From Planctomycetota bacterium (GTDB taxonomy: Bacteria; Planctomycetota; JAFGQW01): a stretch of 55,812 nt of DNA. The position numbers were made by a program, and so were the translations under genes. Positions 40,190-49,851 of this stretch are shown here, piece by piece; the stretch's first letter is position 1, and the number at the start of each line of letters is the position of its first letter. A model generated the notes under the pieces. That model was not told the DNA's origin and ran no database searches. It saw only the letters and a program-made list of their open reading frames with translations. The stretch is taken from contig JAFGQW010000094.1 of assembly GCA_016935485.1 (NCBI GenBank), positions 1 through 55,812 of the forward strand, written 5' to 3'.

Positions 40190-40923
40190 GGGGACTGGCG
40201 ACCTTGGCCGTGCTCTTTCGCCGCGAGCTCAAGGGATACGGCTACACGCCCGTCGGCTATGTCGTGGCCGGGATCTTCTTCCTCCTCAACGGCTTCTTCT
40301 TCGGCGTCACGCTGCAGTCGCGCGTCCTCGTCACGGAGGACCTGTTCTGGCGCGTGTCCGTGCTGCTGCTGTTCGTCGTGCCCGCCGTCAGCATGCGGCT
40401 CGTGAGCGAGGAGATCCGGAGCGGGACGCTCGAGTCGCTGCTCACCGATCCGGTGCGCCCGGGCGAGATCGTGCTCGGCAAGTTCCTGGCGGGCTGCGCC
40501 TTTCTCGGGCTCCTGCTGGTGCCCTGCGCCGCGTTCTGTCTGTTCACCCACCAGATCGGCTACCGCCACGGAGGCCTCGATCCCGGTCCCGTGATCTCGG
40601 GGCTCGTGGGGTTGGGTCTCCTCGTCGGCGCCGCCCTGGCGATCGGCACCTTCTTCAGCAGCCTGACCCGCAACCAGGTCGTGGCGGCCGTGCTCACGTT
40701 CATGGTCCTGGTGCTCCTCTACTTGCTGCACCTCGCCGGTCCCGCGCTCGGCGCGCGCAGCGAGCTCCTGCGGGAGGCGACCCGCTACTTCAGCCTGAGC
40801 AGCCACCTGTACCGCTTTTTCCGCGGGCAGATCGCCTGGATGGACGTGGTCTACTTCGTCAAGCTCGCCCTTCTCGCCCTCTTCCTGGCGACGGCGGCGC
40901 TCGACGCACGGCGCTGGAGGTGA
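40186..40923 (+). CDS. ABC-2 permease (GldF-like)
   Basis: RELKGY..TPVGY, MRLVSEEIRSGTLE.LLT.P, VLGKF, SSLTRNQVVA; ATGA coupling. Confidence 0.88.
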   Translation: MRGLATLAVLFRRELKGYGYTPVGYVVAGIFFLLNGFFFGVTLQSRVLVTEDLFWRVSVLLLFVVPAVSMRLVSEEIRSGTLESLLTDPVRPGEIVLGKFLAGCAFLGLLLVPCAAFCLFTHQIGYRHGGLDPGPVISGLVGLGLLVGAALAIGTFFSSLTRNQVVAAVLTFMVLVLLYLLHLAGPALGARSELLREATRYFSLSSHLYRFFRGQIAWMDVVYFVKLALLALFLATAALDARRWR

Positions 40924-42626
40924 GGCCGATGCCCAGCGCACAACGACCGGCGGCCGGATGGGTGCGCGGCGCGCTTCGCGTACTCCTGGCCGGCGTCGCC
41001 GGAATCGCGCTCGCGAGCGGCCTGGTCTGGAGAAGCATCGCGGGGCCGGACGCACTCGCCGACGGGCTCCTCGGCGCCGGGCTGGCCGCGCTCGTGCTCG
41101 CGGCGGCGCTCTTCGCGTGGACCGGGCTGAGGACGGCGCACGGCCGGGCCGTCGCGAGCGCCGTGCTGGCCGTCGGGCTCGCGGTCGCCGCCTTCGCGCT
41201 GCTCTCCTACATCAACTACGCCGCCGTCCGCGGAGAGGTCGATCTCACGCGCGCGCGGCGGTTTACGCTCGCACCCGCCACCCGGGCGGTGCTCGCCGAC
41301 CTGACGGCGCCGGTGGAAGTGACGGTGCTGCTGACGCCCGAGGACCTCCCGGAGGATCGGCTCCGGCTCGACGAGGAGCTCATCGATCTGGTGAGCCGTT
41401 TCGAGGAGCTCGCCGGCGGCCGGCTCACCCGGCGTATCTGGGGCGCGGTGGAGGAGGAGCGCCGGATTCTCGACTACCTCCGCGAGCTGGGCCTCGAGGG
41501 GGCGGCGATCTACCCGCCGGTGGTCATCGTGCGGTCGGGCCGCGCCCGCAAGGTCCTCGAGGAACCGGCGTTCCTCGAGCGCGGCGCCGGCGGCGAGCTC
41601 CTGTTCCGCGGCGAGGAGGCGCTCACCAGCGCGCTCGTGGAAGTGACCGAGCCGTTCCGGCGCGTGGTCCACTTCACCCAGGGCCACGGCGAGGGCGAGA
41701 TCGATCTGTTCACGCCGCGGGGCTTCCCCCAGGTGAGAGCCGCGCTGGAGCAGCAGAACCTGGAGACCCGCACGGTCCATCTCGAGCGGGAAGAAGCGGT
41801 CCCGGAGGACTGCGCCCTGCTGGTGGTGCTCGGGCCGCGCCGGGACTTCACGCCGGTGGAGCTCGCGGCCATCGACGCGTATCTCGGCCGCGGCGGCAGG
41901 GTGCTGGTGCTGCTCGATTCCCGCGCCGAGATCGACGCCGAGCTCGCGCGCCTCGAGGGGCTGCTCGAGCGCTGGGCCGTCGCGATGCTCCCGGGCATGG
42001 TGTTCGACCGGGCGCTCAGCTACCGGGGCGATCCCTCCTGGGTGTGGGTGTCAAGCTACGGCGGCCACGAGATCGTGCACTCGCTCGAAGGCAGCCCCTG
42101 CGTGTTCCTGCTGCCCCGCGGGATGCACCTTGCGGAGGACCGGCGCGCGCCCGACGGCCGCACGCTGCGGGTGGCGCCCCTCCTTGCCTCCTCGGCGGAT
42201 TCGTGGTGCGAGGCCGACCCCGAGCCGCCGGCGCCCGGCGCGGCCTTCGGCCCCGGCCCCGGCGACGAGAAGGGCCCGATCCCCCTCGGGGCGGCCGTCT
42301 GGCAGGAAGGCATGCGCGGCGACGGCCTGCCGCAGGCGCGGCTCGTCGTGCTGGGCGACGCCTCCTTTCTCCGCACGCAGAACCTCGAGCGGTTCGACTT
42401 CAGCGCGCCCACGCACCTCGACCTCCTGAAGAACGCCGCCAACTGGCTCCTCGAGCGCGACCGCCTGATCTCGGTCACTCCGCGGCGCTACCACGGCGTG
42501 CGCCGCCTCACCCACCTGGACATCTCCGACCGCGAGATCCGCGCCATCATGTGGGGCGGCATGATGGGGCTGCCGACGCTCGTGCTGATCGCCGGACTGC
42601 TGGTCTGGCTGTGGCGGAGGCGCTGA
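40920..42626 (+). CDS. GldG-like ABC auxiliary protein
   Basis: DLTRARRFTL, GEEALTSAL, FTQGHGE, LVVLGDASF, NAANWL, C-terminal TM ending WRRR. Confidence 0.85.
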   Translation: MRPMPSAQRPAAGWVRGALRVLLAGVAGIALASGLVWRSIAGPDALADGLLGAGLAALVLAAALFAWTGLRTAHGRAVASAVLAVGLAVAAFALLSYINYAAVRGEVDLTRARRFTLAPATRAVLADLTAPVEVTVLLTPEDLPEDRLRLDEELIDLVSRFEELAGGRLTRRIWGAVEEERRILDYLRELGLEGAAIYPPVVIVRSGRARKVLEEPAFLERGAGGELLFRGEEALTSALVEVTEPFRRVVHFTQGHGEGEIDLFTPRGFPQVRAALEQQNLETRTVHLEREEAVPEDCALLVVLGPRRDFTPVELAAIDAYLGRGGRVLVLLDSRAEIDAELARLEGLLERWAVAMLPGMVFDRALSYRGDPSWVWVSSYGGHEIVHSLEGSPCVFLLPRGMHLAEDRRAPDGRTLRVAPLLASSADSWCEADPEPPAPGAAFGPGPGDEKGPIPLGAAVWQEGMRGDGLPQARLVVLGDASFLRTQNLERFDFSAPTHLDLLKNAANWLLERDRLISVTPRRYHGVRRLTHLDISDREIRAIMWGGMMGLPTLVLIAGLLVWLWRRR

Positions 42627-42634
42627 CGAGAGCG

Positions 42635-43969
42635 ATGGGGCGAACAACGTGGGTCCTGGCGGTCCTGGTGGCGGCGCTCGGGGCGGTGGCGCTCTGGGTG
42701 CACAGCCGCGATCCGCTCTCGCCGGCGCGCGCGCGGCGACCGCTCGACGTCGACGTGGAGGCGGTGACGGGCCTCGAGATCGAGGGGCCTCACGGGCGGA
42801 TCGCGCTGCGCCGCGGGGCGGACGGCTGGACGGTCGAGGCGCCGTTTCGCTACAAGGCGGACCTCTACAAGGTGGCCGGGCTCGTCGCCTACCTCGCTTC
42901 GGTCCGGACGGAGCAGCCGCTTGTGCGCGGTGAGACGCCCCCGGAAGCGCTCGCCCGTGCCGGGCTGTCGAGTCCGGACAGTGCGCGCTTCACGCTGGTG
43001 CTCGGCGCGCGGACCGTGTGCGGCGTGGTGGGGCGGCCGCCGCGCATCGGCGACCAGGCGTTCATGGCGGTGGAGGGGCGCCGGGGGATCGTCGCTCTGG
43101 CGGCGCGCGCCGCGGCGGTGCTCTTCGAGCCGCCCGACGCCTTCCGGGATCCGCGGGCACTCCCACTCGAGCTGCCGGATCTGATCGCGGTCGCTCTCGA
43201 GACAGAGGGCCGGAGGATCGCGCTCGAGCAGCGCGCGCCGGACCACTGGGTCCTGGTCGAGCCGGCCCACGGACCGGTGCTTCCCGCCGCCCGGGAGCGG
43301 CTCTGGCGGGCGCTCGAGCGGTTGCGCGCGGTCCGCTGGCTCGGCGCGGTCCCCGATCCAGCCCGCCTCGGGCTCGACCCGCCCCGGCGGCGCCTGCATG
43401 CCGTCGCGAGTCTCGAAGAGGGGACGCGAGAGGAGACCCTGTGGCTCGGCGAGTCCACTGACGGCGCCACCGTTGTGGCCCGACGCGCCGCCATGGACGC
43501 GGTCTTCACCGTGGACCGGGAGCCCGTCGAGGCTCTGTTCGCGCTCGGCCCGGAGGAGCTCCGGGACCAGGTTGTCGTTCGCATCCGCCCCGGCGCGCTC
43601 GCGGCGGTCGAGGTGCAGGCGCCCGGACGGACGGCCGTCGCCTACGCGTGGGACGGCGCGGAGTGGCGCCGTCCGGACGGGACCGCCGTGCCGGATAGCG
43701 AGGCGGAGGCGCTCGGCCGGCTGCTCGGTATGCTGGCGAACTACCGGCTGGAGCGGTTCTCCGAGGCGAGCCCGGAGGACGGCGCTCCGGGCCTGCGGCC
43801 GCCGGCCCTCGTGTTGCGTTTCCGTTTCCACGGCCGGCGCGGCACGGAGACCGTTGCCGTCGGGCGCGAAGCGGAGGGCTGGATCCGGCTGCGGCGGGAC
43901 GAGGAGTCGATTGCCGCCGCCATCCCGGCCGACGTGGCCGGACCGGCACTGGAACCGTTCCTGCGCTGA
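42635..43969 (+). CDS. DUF4340-like membrane-anchored repeat protein
   Basis: N-terminal TM; three repeats with W....P and GL..P motifs (FRDPR, LRDQ); typical position after GldG. Confidence 0.75.
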   Translation: MGRTTWVLAVLVAALGAVALWVHSRDPLSPARARRPLDVDVEAVTGLEIEGPHGRIALRRGADGWTVEAPFRYKADLYKVAGLVAYLASVRTEQPLVRGETPPEALARAGLSSPDSARFTLVLGARTVCGVVGRPPRIGDQAFMAVEGRRGIVALAARAAAVLFEPPDAFRDPRALPLELPDLIAVALETEGRRIALEQRAPDHWVLVEPAHGPVLPAARERLWRALERLRAVRWLGAVPDPARLGLDPPRRRLHAVASLEEGTREETLWLGESTDGATVVARRAAMDAVFTVDREPVEALFALGPEELRDQVVVRIRPGALAAVEVQAPGRTAVAYAWDGAEWRRPDGTAVPDSEAEALGRLLGMLANYRLERFSEASPEDGAPGLRPPALVLRFRFHGRRGTETVAVGREAEGWIRLRRDEESIAAAIPADVAGPALEPFLR

Positions 43970-44111
43970 CGCGCCGTCCCCGCAACCCGATGGGGTCAGG
44001 CGCCGCGCTTTGCGGACGCCGCCCCTTGCAGACTTTGCCGTCCGCGATTCGCACCGCTTGCGCGCGATCGGGCACCTGCGGCGGCGGCGCCGGCCGCACG
44101 GCGCCCGGCCG

Positions 44112-46649
44112 TCACCGCGTGATCGTGAAGGACGCGGTGTTCGAGATCGACTTGAGCCCGAACGGAGCCGGCGCGTAGAGCGTGACGAACGCCGAGTGAA
44201 TCCGGATGCCGACGAGGCCCTGGTCGTTCGGGATCGCAAGCGAGGCCTGCCCCTGGGCGACGCCGGACAACACGCCCGCGTAGCCGGTGAAGATCTGCGG
44301 CAGCATGCCGCCGGTGGAGATCACCAGCAGCGTGTCCGGCGACAGTCCGAGACTCCGCGGTCCGATCGGGATCGGGCCGGTGCCGAGCGACGAGCCGACC
44401 TGGTAGGCGAGGCCGGCGTCGCCGGTGGCGGTGAGTGCAAGCGTGACCCGGTTTCCCGGCCGCGGGGCACCGCTTGAGGTGAGGTTCACGAAGGCGACCT
44501 TCGAGACCCAGGCGTCGGTGATCCCGTTGAAGGTGAGATCCGGTCCGCCGGTGACCGGGAACAGGTTCGTGGTCTCGTAGCTGTCCGTATCGCCGGAGAC
44601 GTACGCATTCCCGGCGGCGTCCACGGCGATCGACCAGGCCGAATCGTAGTCGGTGCCGCCGATGTAACCGCAGTAATCCAGCGCCGTGCCGGCGGCGTTC
44701 ACTCGCGCGACGAACCCATCGTTCCAGCCGTTATAGGTGAGATCCGGCCCGACCCGCACCGGGAAGCTGTCCGTGGTCTCGTTGCTCTCGGTGCCACCGC
44801 ACACGTAGGCGTTGCCCTGGCCATCCACGCCGACACCGCCCCAGCCGTCGTCCCACTGCGCACCGCCGATGTAGCCGCAGTAGACGAGCGCGGTGCCGAG
44901 CGCGTTCACCTTGGCCACGAACGCGTCCGAGATCGCCGTCGTGTCGTTGTAGGTGAGATCCGGCCCGACCCGTACCGGGAAGCTCTGCTCGGTGCTGTCG
45001 GTGCTCCCGCAGACGTACGCGCAGCCGGTGGCGTCCACCGCGATGCCACCCGTGCTTTCCCAGCCGGTGCCGCCGAGGTAGCCGCAGTAGTCGAGCGCCG
45101 TGCCCACCGCATTCACCTTGGCCACGAAGACATCCGTCCCGCCGTTGAAGGCGAGGTCGGGACCGACGAGCACCGGGAACTTGTCCGTGGTCTCGTTGCT
45201 GCTGGTCTCGCCACACACGTAGGCGTTGCCCTGAGCGTCCACCGCGACGCGGCCCCAGCCGCCGTCGTACTGCGCACCGCCGATGTAGCCACAGTAGTCG
45301 AGCGCCGTGCCGGCCGTATTCACCTTGGCCACGAACGCATCCGAGGAAGAGGTGTCGTTGAAGGTAAGGTCGGGACCGACCCGCACGGGAAACGTGGTCT
45401 GGTCGCTCTGCGTGTCGCCGACCACGTAGGCATTGCCCGCCGCATCCACAGCGACGCCCCAGGCATAGTCGTCATTGATGCCGCCGAGGTAGCCGCAGTA
45501 ATCGAGCCCGGTGCCAGCGGCGTTCACCTTCGCGATGAAACCGTCGCCGCCGCCCGAGGCGGTGCCGTTGTACGTGAGGTCCGGCCCAACCTTCACCGGG
45601 AAGCCTTCCGAGACCGCGTCGCTCTCGGTGTAGCCCACGACGTACGCCTGGCCCTGGGCGTCGACGGCCACGCCGGCGCCGTACTCGTAGTCGGTGCCAC
45701 CGAGGTAGCCGCAGTAGACGAGCTGGCCGTTCCGGTCGACCTTCGCGACGTAGGCGTCCCCGTTGCCGTGGTAGGTGAGATCGGGTCCCACCGCCGCCGG
45801 GAAGGACGGCGCCGCGCTGTCGACCTCGCCGGTCACGTACACGTTGCCCTGCGCGTCCACGGCGGTGCCGTAGTTGTCGTCGTAGTCGTTGCCGCCGAGG
45901 TAGCCGCAGTAGACCAGCAGCGCCGGGTCGAGCACCAGCGTCCGGGTGGGGTCGTAGGCGCCGAGACGGAACCCATAGGTCACCGCGCCGGCCTCCGCGA
46001 ACGCTGGGCCGACGTCGTAGGCCATCGCCACGGATGCGCGCCGGCCGTCCACCTCCTGCCACGCGACTGGCGGCGCGTCCTCGAAGCCGCCCGCCGGCGT
46101 CTCGACCCGGAGCGCGCCGGCCGGCGTCACGAAGGCCCGCGTCAGCCCGCGATAGCGGAGCTGGATCTGCGCCGGGTTGGCGCCGGGCCGCACGACGAAC
46201 TCGTACTTGAGATAGCGGACCGTGCCGCGGTAGACCAGATCGATCCCGGGCCAGAGGTCCTCGTACACGATCTTCGCGAACGCGGGCACGCCGGTTTGCC
46301 AGTCCTTGGGCCGGCCGAGAAAGTAGCTGAAGACGGCGGCCTGACGATTCCGGCCCTCCGGGCGCACGGCGCGCGCGCCGAGAAAGTCGAGCTGGACCGC
46401 CCAGCGCTGCGCCGGAGACTCCAGCGCGACGGTCATGCCCTCTGCGGTGAAGAAGAGGGTGCGGTCCCGGCCCTTCACGTGATAGGCCACGGCGTCCGGG
46501 TAGAGGCCCCGGTTCTCGAGGAAGAGGAGCGGTGCGTCCCGGAATCCGGGGACCACCGCCGTGAGCGCCGCGGACGGCAAGTTCTGTGCGGCAGCGCCGC
46601 TCGCCAGCAGCACGGTGGCGAGGATGAGGGCGAGAACGGATCGACTCAT
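44112..46649 (-). CDS. Secreted SBBP-repeat beta-propeller protein with the shared C-terminal domain
   Basis: Signal peptide (ASGAAA-Q); FLENRG, WPGIDL.Y, YEFVV.PGA.P, LVLDP; seven YCGY(L/I)GG...AVDA.G.AYV repeats. Confidence 0.88.
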   Translation of the reverse strand: MSRSVLALILATVLLASGAAAQNLPSAALTAVVPGFRDAPLLFLENRGLYPDAVAYHVKGRDRTLFFTAEGMTVALESPAQRWAVQLDFLGARAVRPEGRNRQAAVFSYFLGRPKDWQTGVPAFAKIVYEDLWPGIDLVYRGTVRYLKYEFVVRPGANPAQIQLRYRGLTRAFVTPAGALRVETPAGGFEDAPPVAWQEVDGRRASVAMAYDVGPAFAEAGAVTYGFRLGAYDPTRTLVLDPALLVYCGYLGGNDYDDNYGTAVDAQGNVYVTGEVDSAAPSFPAAVGPDLTYHGNGDAYVAKVDRNGQLVYCGYLGGTDYEYGAGVAVDAQGQAYVVGYTESDAVSEGFPVKVGPDLTYNGTASGGGDGFIAKVNAAGTGLDYCGYLGGINDDYAWGVAVDAAGNAYVVGDTQSDQTTFPVRVGPDLTFNDTSSSDAFVAKVNTAGTALDYCGYIGGAQYDGGWGRVAVDAQGNAYVCGETSSNETTDKFPVLVGPDLAFNGGTDVFVAKVNAVGTALDYCGYLGGTGWESTGGIAVDATGCAYVCGSTDSTEQSFPVRVGPDLTYNDTTAISDAFVAKVNALGTALVYCGYIGGAQWDDGWGGVGVDGQGNAYVCGGTESNETTDSFPVRVGPDLTYNGWNDGFVARVNAAGTALDYCGYIGGTDYDSAWSIAVDAAGNAYVSGDTDSYETTNLFPVTGGPDLTFNGITDAWVSKVAFVNLTSSGAPRPGNRVTLALTATGDAGLAYQVGSSLGTGPIPIGPRSLGLSPDTLLVISTGGMLPQIFTGYAGVLSGVAQGQASLAIPNDQGLVGIRIHSAFVTLYAPAPFGLKSISNTASFTITR
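44490..45915 (-). repeat. Seven intragenic tandem repeats of about 190-200 bp (SBBP blades)
   Basis: Recurrent gtagccgcagta on the + strand; YCGY..GG...FPV.VGPDLT.N...D.FVAKVN unit. Confidence 0.8.
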
Positions 46650-46829
46650 GGGGTTTCCCTTGCTGTAAGTCCTCCCCCGGGGGACACCGCAACCTGGAAC
46701 CAGCGGCCATCGTCCGCGAGCGTCCGGGTACGGCGTTGCACCCATCATACCACACGCCTGGATCCGCGACAGGAGGTACCGGACGACCGCCTCCGTGCCC
46801 GAGGCATCCCGGCTTGCCCCGGGGCGGGC

Positions 46830-48209
46830 TCAGCCGTCCTTCGGTCCCGGGGCGCCCTTGTCCCGGAGGAACTTGTACGGATCGAACCAGCCCCTGCAGT
46901 TGGGTGCGTACCCGGCGATCCAGCCCACCTGGTCGCCCATGGGGACGTTGCCCACCGCTACGGTCAGCACCTCGCCGTCGGGCGTCTTCACCTTGAGCCC
47001 TAGCCCCGGAAAGCCGTGCTGGTCCTTCTGGTCGGGCAGGTACACGTAGCCGATGACCGGCGCCTTCACGCGCTTGCCCTTGTAGTCGAAGTTGAGCGCG
47101 GAGCCGTCGCGGTAGATGCCTTTGGGTCGCCGGAAGGGGCTGTCGGCGATGCCGAAGTGGAGATGAGCCCCATAGCCGCCATTCTCGACCGAGCAGGAAA
47201 GCCCGACCGTGGCGATCTTCTGCCCCTTGCTCACGATGTCGCCGGGTTTGACGAGGATATCCCAGCCCAGGTGGCCGTAGAGCGAGCAGAAGTAGTCGCC
47301 GCTCTCGAGGCGGTGCTCGACGAGCACGAGAAAGCCCCAGTTCCCGCCCGCCCCTTGCACCATGCGCACCAGCCCGTCGGCCACGGCGAACACCGAGGCG
47401 CCCTCGCGGAACCAGGCGATGTCCTCGCCCGCGTGCCCGCTCTTGCCCCCGAAGGACTGGCGGGGCAAGCTCATGAAGAGCGAGTCGTGATACCAGGAGA
47501 TGGGCCAGTCGAAGGTCGTGGCCGCGGGATACTCGAGCGTCTTCGCATCGTACTCGTTGAAGCTCGATGGACCCTGCACGGTCCAGGCCCACTCGACGCG
47601 GCGGGCGTCCTCGGGCCCGACGAGCTTCTCCGGCCAGGGCCGGTACGGCCTGGCGGCGCTGCCGACGAGCGCCACCGCCGCCTCGAGGCTCGCCCGCGTG
47701 AACCGGTCCTTCTCGGCGGCAAGCGCCTGCTCCAGCGCGGCCGCATCCCTGCCGATGTGGCCAAGGCAATTGGCGGCCAGCTCGCGGATGCGCGGATTGG
47801 CGTCCTTCAGCCGCTTCACGACGGCCGGCACGACCGTCTCGTCCCCGATCCTCTTCAAAGCGTAGAGGGCGCGCGCCTGGATGGGCCAGTGCTTGGCCTC
47901 GAGGAGCGGCACGAAGACGTGCTTCAGCGCCGGTTCCCGGTAGCGGATGAGATTCTCGATCGCCTGGCCGTGGCCATGCTTCTTCGCGAGCTCGGCGCCG
48001 AGCCTCGGCTGGAGCTCCTCGTCGGCGCGAACGAGCTCCTGGACGAGCGCGTCGATCTTGTCCTGTTGCCGGGCGAACTCGTCCTTGCGCGTCGAGGCAC
48101 CGACGGTCTTGTCGCGGGCCTTGTGCTGCGCAACCGCGGCGCCCGCGAACAGGATCGCGGCGGCGAGAAGCAGGATGGAACAGCGCGCGGGCGTGGGGGG
48201 GATTCGCAT
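46830..48209 (-). CDS. Secreted HEAT-repeat + M23 peptidase protein
   Basis: Signal peptide; HEAT-like ALYALKRIG / LKDANPRIRELAANCLG; HAGED, VFAVADG, SLYGHL, HLHF. Confidence 0.85.
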   Translation of the reverse strand: MRIPPTPARCSILLLAAAILFAGAAVAQHKARDKTVGASTRKDEFARQQDKIDALVQELVRADEELQPRLGAELAKKHGHGQAIENLIRYREPALKHVFVPLLEAKHWPIQARALYALKRIGDETVVPAVVKRLKDANPRIRELAANCLGHIGRDAAALEQALAAEKDRFTRASLEAAVALVGSAARPYRPWPEKLVGPEDARRVEWAWTVQGPSSFNEYDAKTLEYPAATTFDWPISWYHDSLFMSLPRQSFGGKSGHAGEDIAWFREGASVFAVADGLVRMVQGAGGNWGFLVLVEHRLESGDYFCSLYGHLGWDILVKPGDIVSKGQKIATVGLSCSVENGGYGAHLHFGIADSPFRRPKGIYRDGSALNFDYKGKRVKAPVIGYVYLPDQKDQHGFPGLGLKVKTPDGEVLTVAVGNVPMGDQVGWIAGYAPNCRGWFDPYKFLRDKGAPGPKDG

Positions 48210-48548
48210 GGGCTGGCGTGCCTCCGATCTCCTCGGGTCCGGTGAAATGATACGCGACGGGTGGAAGGAACGGTAGCGCCGCGCGGGGGGTCTGGCCAAC
48301 CAGACGCTGCGGTTTTCGAGGGGGGAGGCACTGCCGGCAAGCAGCCCGCACGGCGGCGGCCGGCGCGGAGTGGACCCGCTCTCCGCCGACGGTCCGGCAG
48401 CAGCTCCGACGGCGGCCCGCTGGCGCGGATCCGCCCGTCGGAAGCCCCCGCCATCGCGGCGACCCCGGAGCCGTGCAAGCGCCGCCGCGGTGGGTTCCGC
48501 CGGCGGAGAAGCCCGGCAGTGGCTTTCCGCCGGCGCTCGCTCTCCCCA

Positions 48549-48577
48549 TTGACTGTGAGCTCCGTTCCGGGTACGTT
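48549..48577 (+). promoter_or_regulatory. Sigma70-like promoter of paralog 1
   Basis: TTGACT-17bp-TACGTT. Confidence 0.65.
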
Positions 48578-48784
48578 GACGGTTTGCTGTAAATCCATGC
48601 CGTGCGGGTCCGCCGACCGCGCCCGAGCCCGCCGGCGAGAGAGAGCCTGGAACAGAGCATGCCCTCGAGGCCGGGTAGGTTCCGTCCGGACAACAGCTCG
48701 CACGCTGTTCCGCGCGTGTGTGACGCCGGCGTGAGTGGGTCACGGCCGGGCCTGAAAGGAAGGCGCTGCAGAAGGAGAGCCACC

Positions 48785-49693
48785 ATGCGAACCGCGAGTT
48801 TCCTCGTCGTCCTGGTCCTGCTGGCCGGTCTCGCGACGGCCCAGACCCTGATCCCCATCCCGCCGTTCAACACCACGTACTCGTCGACGATGACGCGTGG
48901 CATGTACTGTCTGGTGCCGATCGATTTCACCGTCGTTGGCCTCCGCGTGCCGGACGAGGCGAAGAACGGCAAGCAGAACGTGTGCCTCTATCAGCACACC
49001 TCCGCGCCGCCGGCCTGGACCGCGACCGTGCCGCTCACCCCGATCTTCTCCAAGTTCGGCGAGCCGAGCGCGAACATCATTCCCTGCTCGTTCCCGTACA
49101 AGAAGGGCGAGTACCTGATCGTGCTGGGGGCGTGCGGCGATGCGGTCCAGCTTCGCAATTCCTACTCGGCGTCGTCGGCGTTTCCGACGACGATCTTCGG
49201 CGCCGCCACGACACTTTATCGTTGCGGCACCCAGAACAACATCACGACTCTGGCTCCGCCGCATCCGATCTGGAGCGAAGCGGCCAGCATCTGCCGTGTC
49301 GAGGTCTACGTGGCCTCCGCGACGATCACCGGCTCCGGCACGGGCGCGCCGGGCACCACGCTCACGTTCCTGCTGTCCGCGGCAGCCGACGGGGGGCTCC
49401 CGTACCAGCTCGGAAGCTCGCTCGGCAACGGCCCGATCCCGATCGACGCCCGGAAGCTCGAGCTGTCCGTGGACAGTCTCCTCACGCTCAGCGTGCTTGG
49501 GCTGGCGCCCGCGGTGTTCCAGAACTACGCCGGCGTTCTCGATGCCCAGGGGGCCGGCAAGGCAGCGCTCCACATCCCGAACCTGCCCGCGCTGAAGGGC
49601 ATCCGGATCTACACGGCGTTCGTCACCCTGCTCGGGACCGCTCCCTCCGGGGTCGCCAGCATCAGCAACACGTTCCTGTTCACGATCCAGTAG
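48785..49693 (+). CDS. Secreted Cys-containing protein, paralog 1 of 5
   Basis: SD AAGGAG; signal peptide LAGLATA-Q; homologous to the next four ORFs. Confidence 0.9.
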   Translation: MRTASFLVVLVLLAGLATAQTLIPIPPFNTTYSSTMTRGMYCLVPIDFTVVGLRVPDEAKNGKQNVCLYQHTSAPPAWTATVPLTPIFSKFGEPSANIIPCSFPYKKGEYLIVLGACGDAVQLRNSYSASSAFPTTIFGAATTLYRCGTQNNITTLAPPHPIWSEAASICRVEVYVASATITGSGTGAPGTTLTFLLSAAADGGLPYQLGSSLGNGPIPIDARKLELSVDSLLTLSVLGLAPAVFQNYAGVLDAQGAGKAALHIPNLPALKGIRIYTAFVTLLGTAPSGVASISNTFLFTIQ

Positions 49694-49784
49694 GCCGCTG
49701 CCGACCGCCGGACCCACGGCTCCCCGCCCGTCCGCGCCGGGGGGCCGTTGTGGCGCGCTCGAAGCCGCCGCGCTATCTCCGCTG

Positions 49785-49813
49785 TTGACCGGCCCGCCGG
49801 GGCCTGCTATTCT
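49785..49813 (+). promoter_or_regulatory. Sigma70-like promoter of paralog 2
   Basis: TTGACC-17bp-TATTCT with TG extension. Confidence 0.7.
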
Positions 49814-49851
49814 CGAGGCTAGACCCGAGACGTTCCAAGGAGGGTGATTCC

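Noticed and set aside
44490-45915. CRISPR-like periodic repeats
   Set aside because: Repeats are in-frame, degenerate coding units of about 200 bp; no cas genes.
45472-48972. 1166-aa minus-strand ORF
   Set aside because: Alternative frame across two real genes and intergenic DNA; low-complexity translation.
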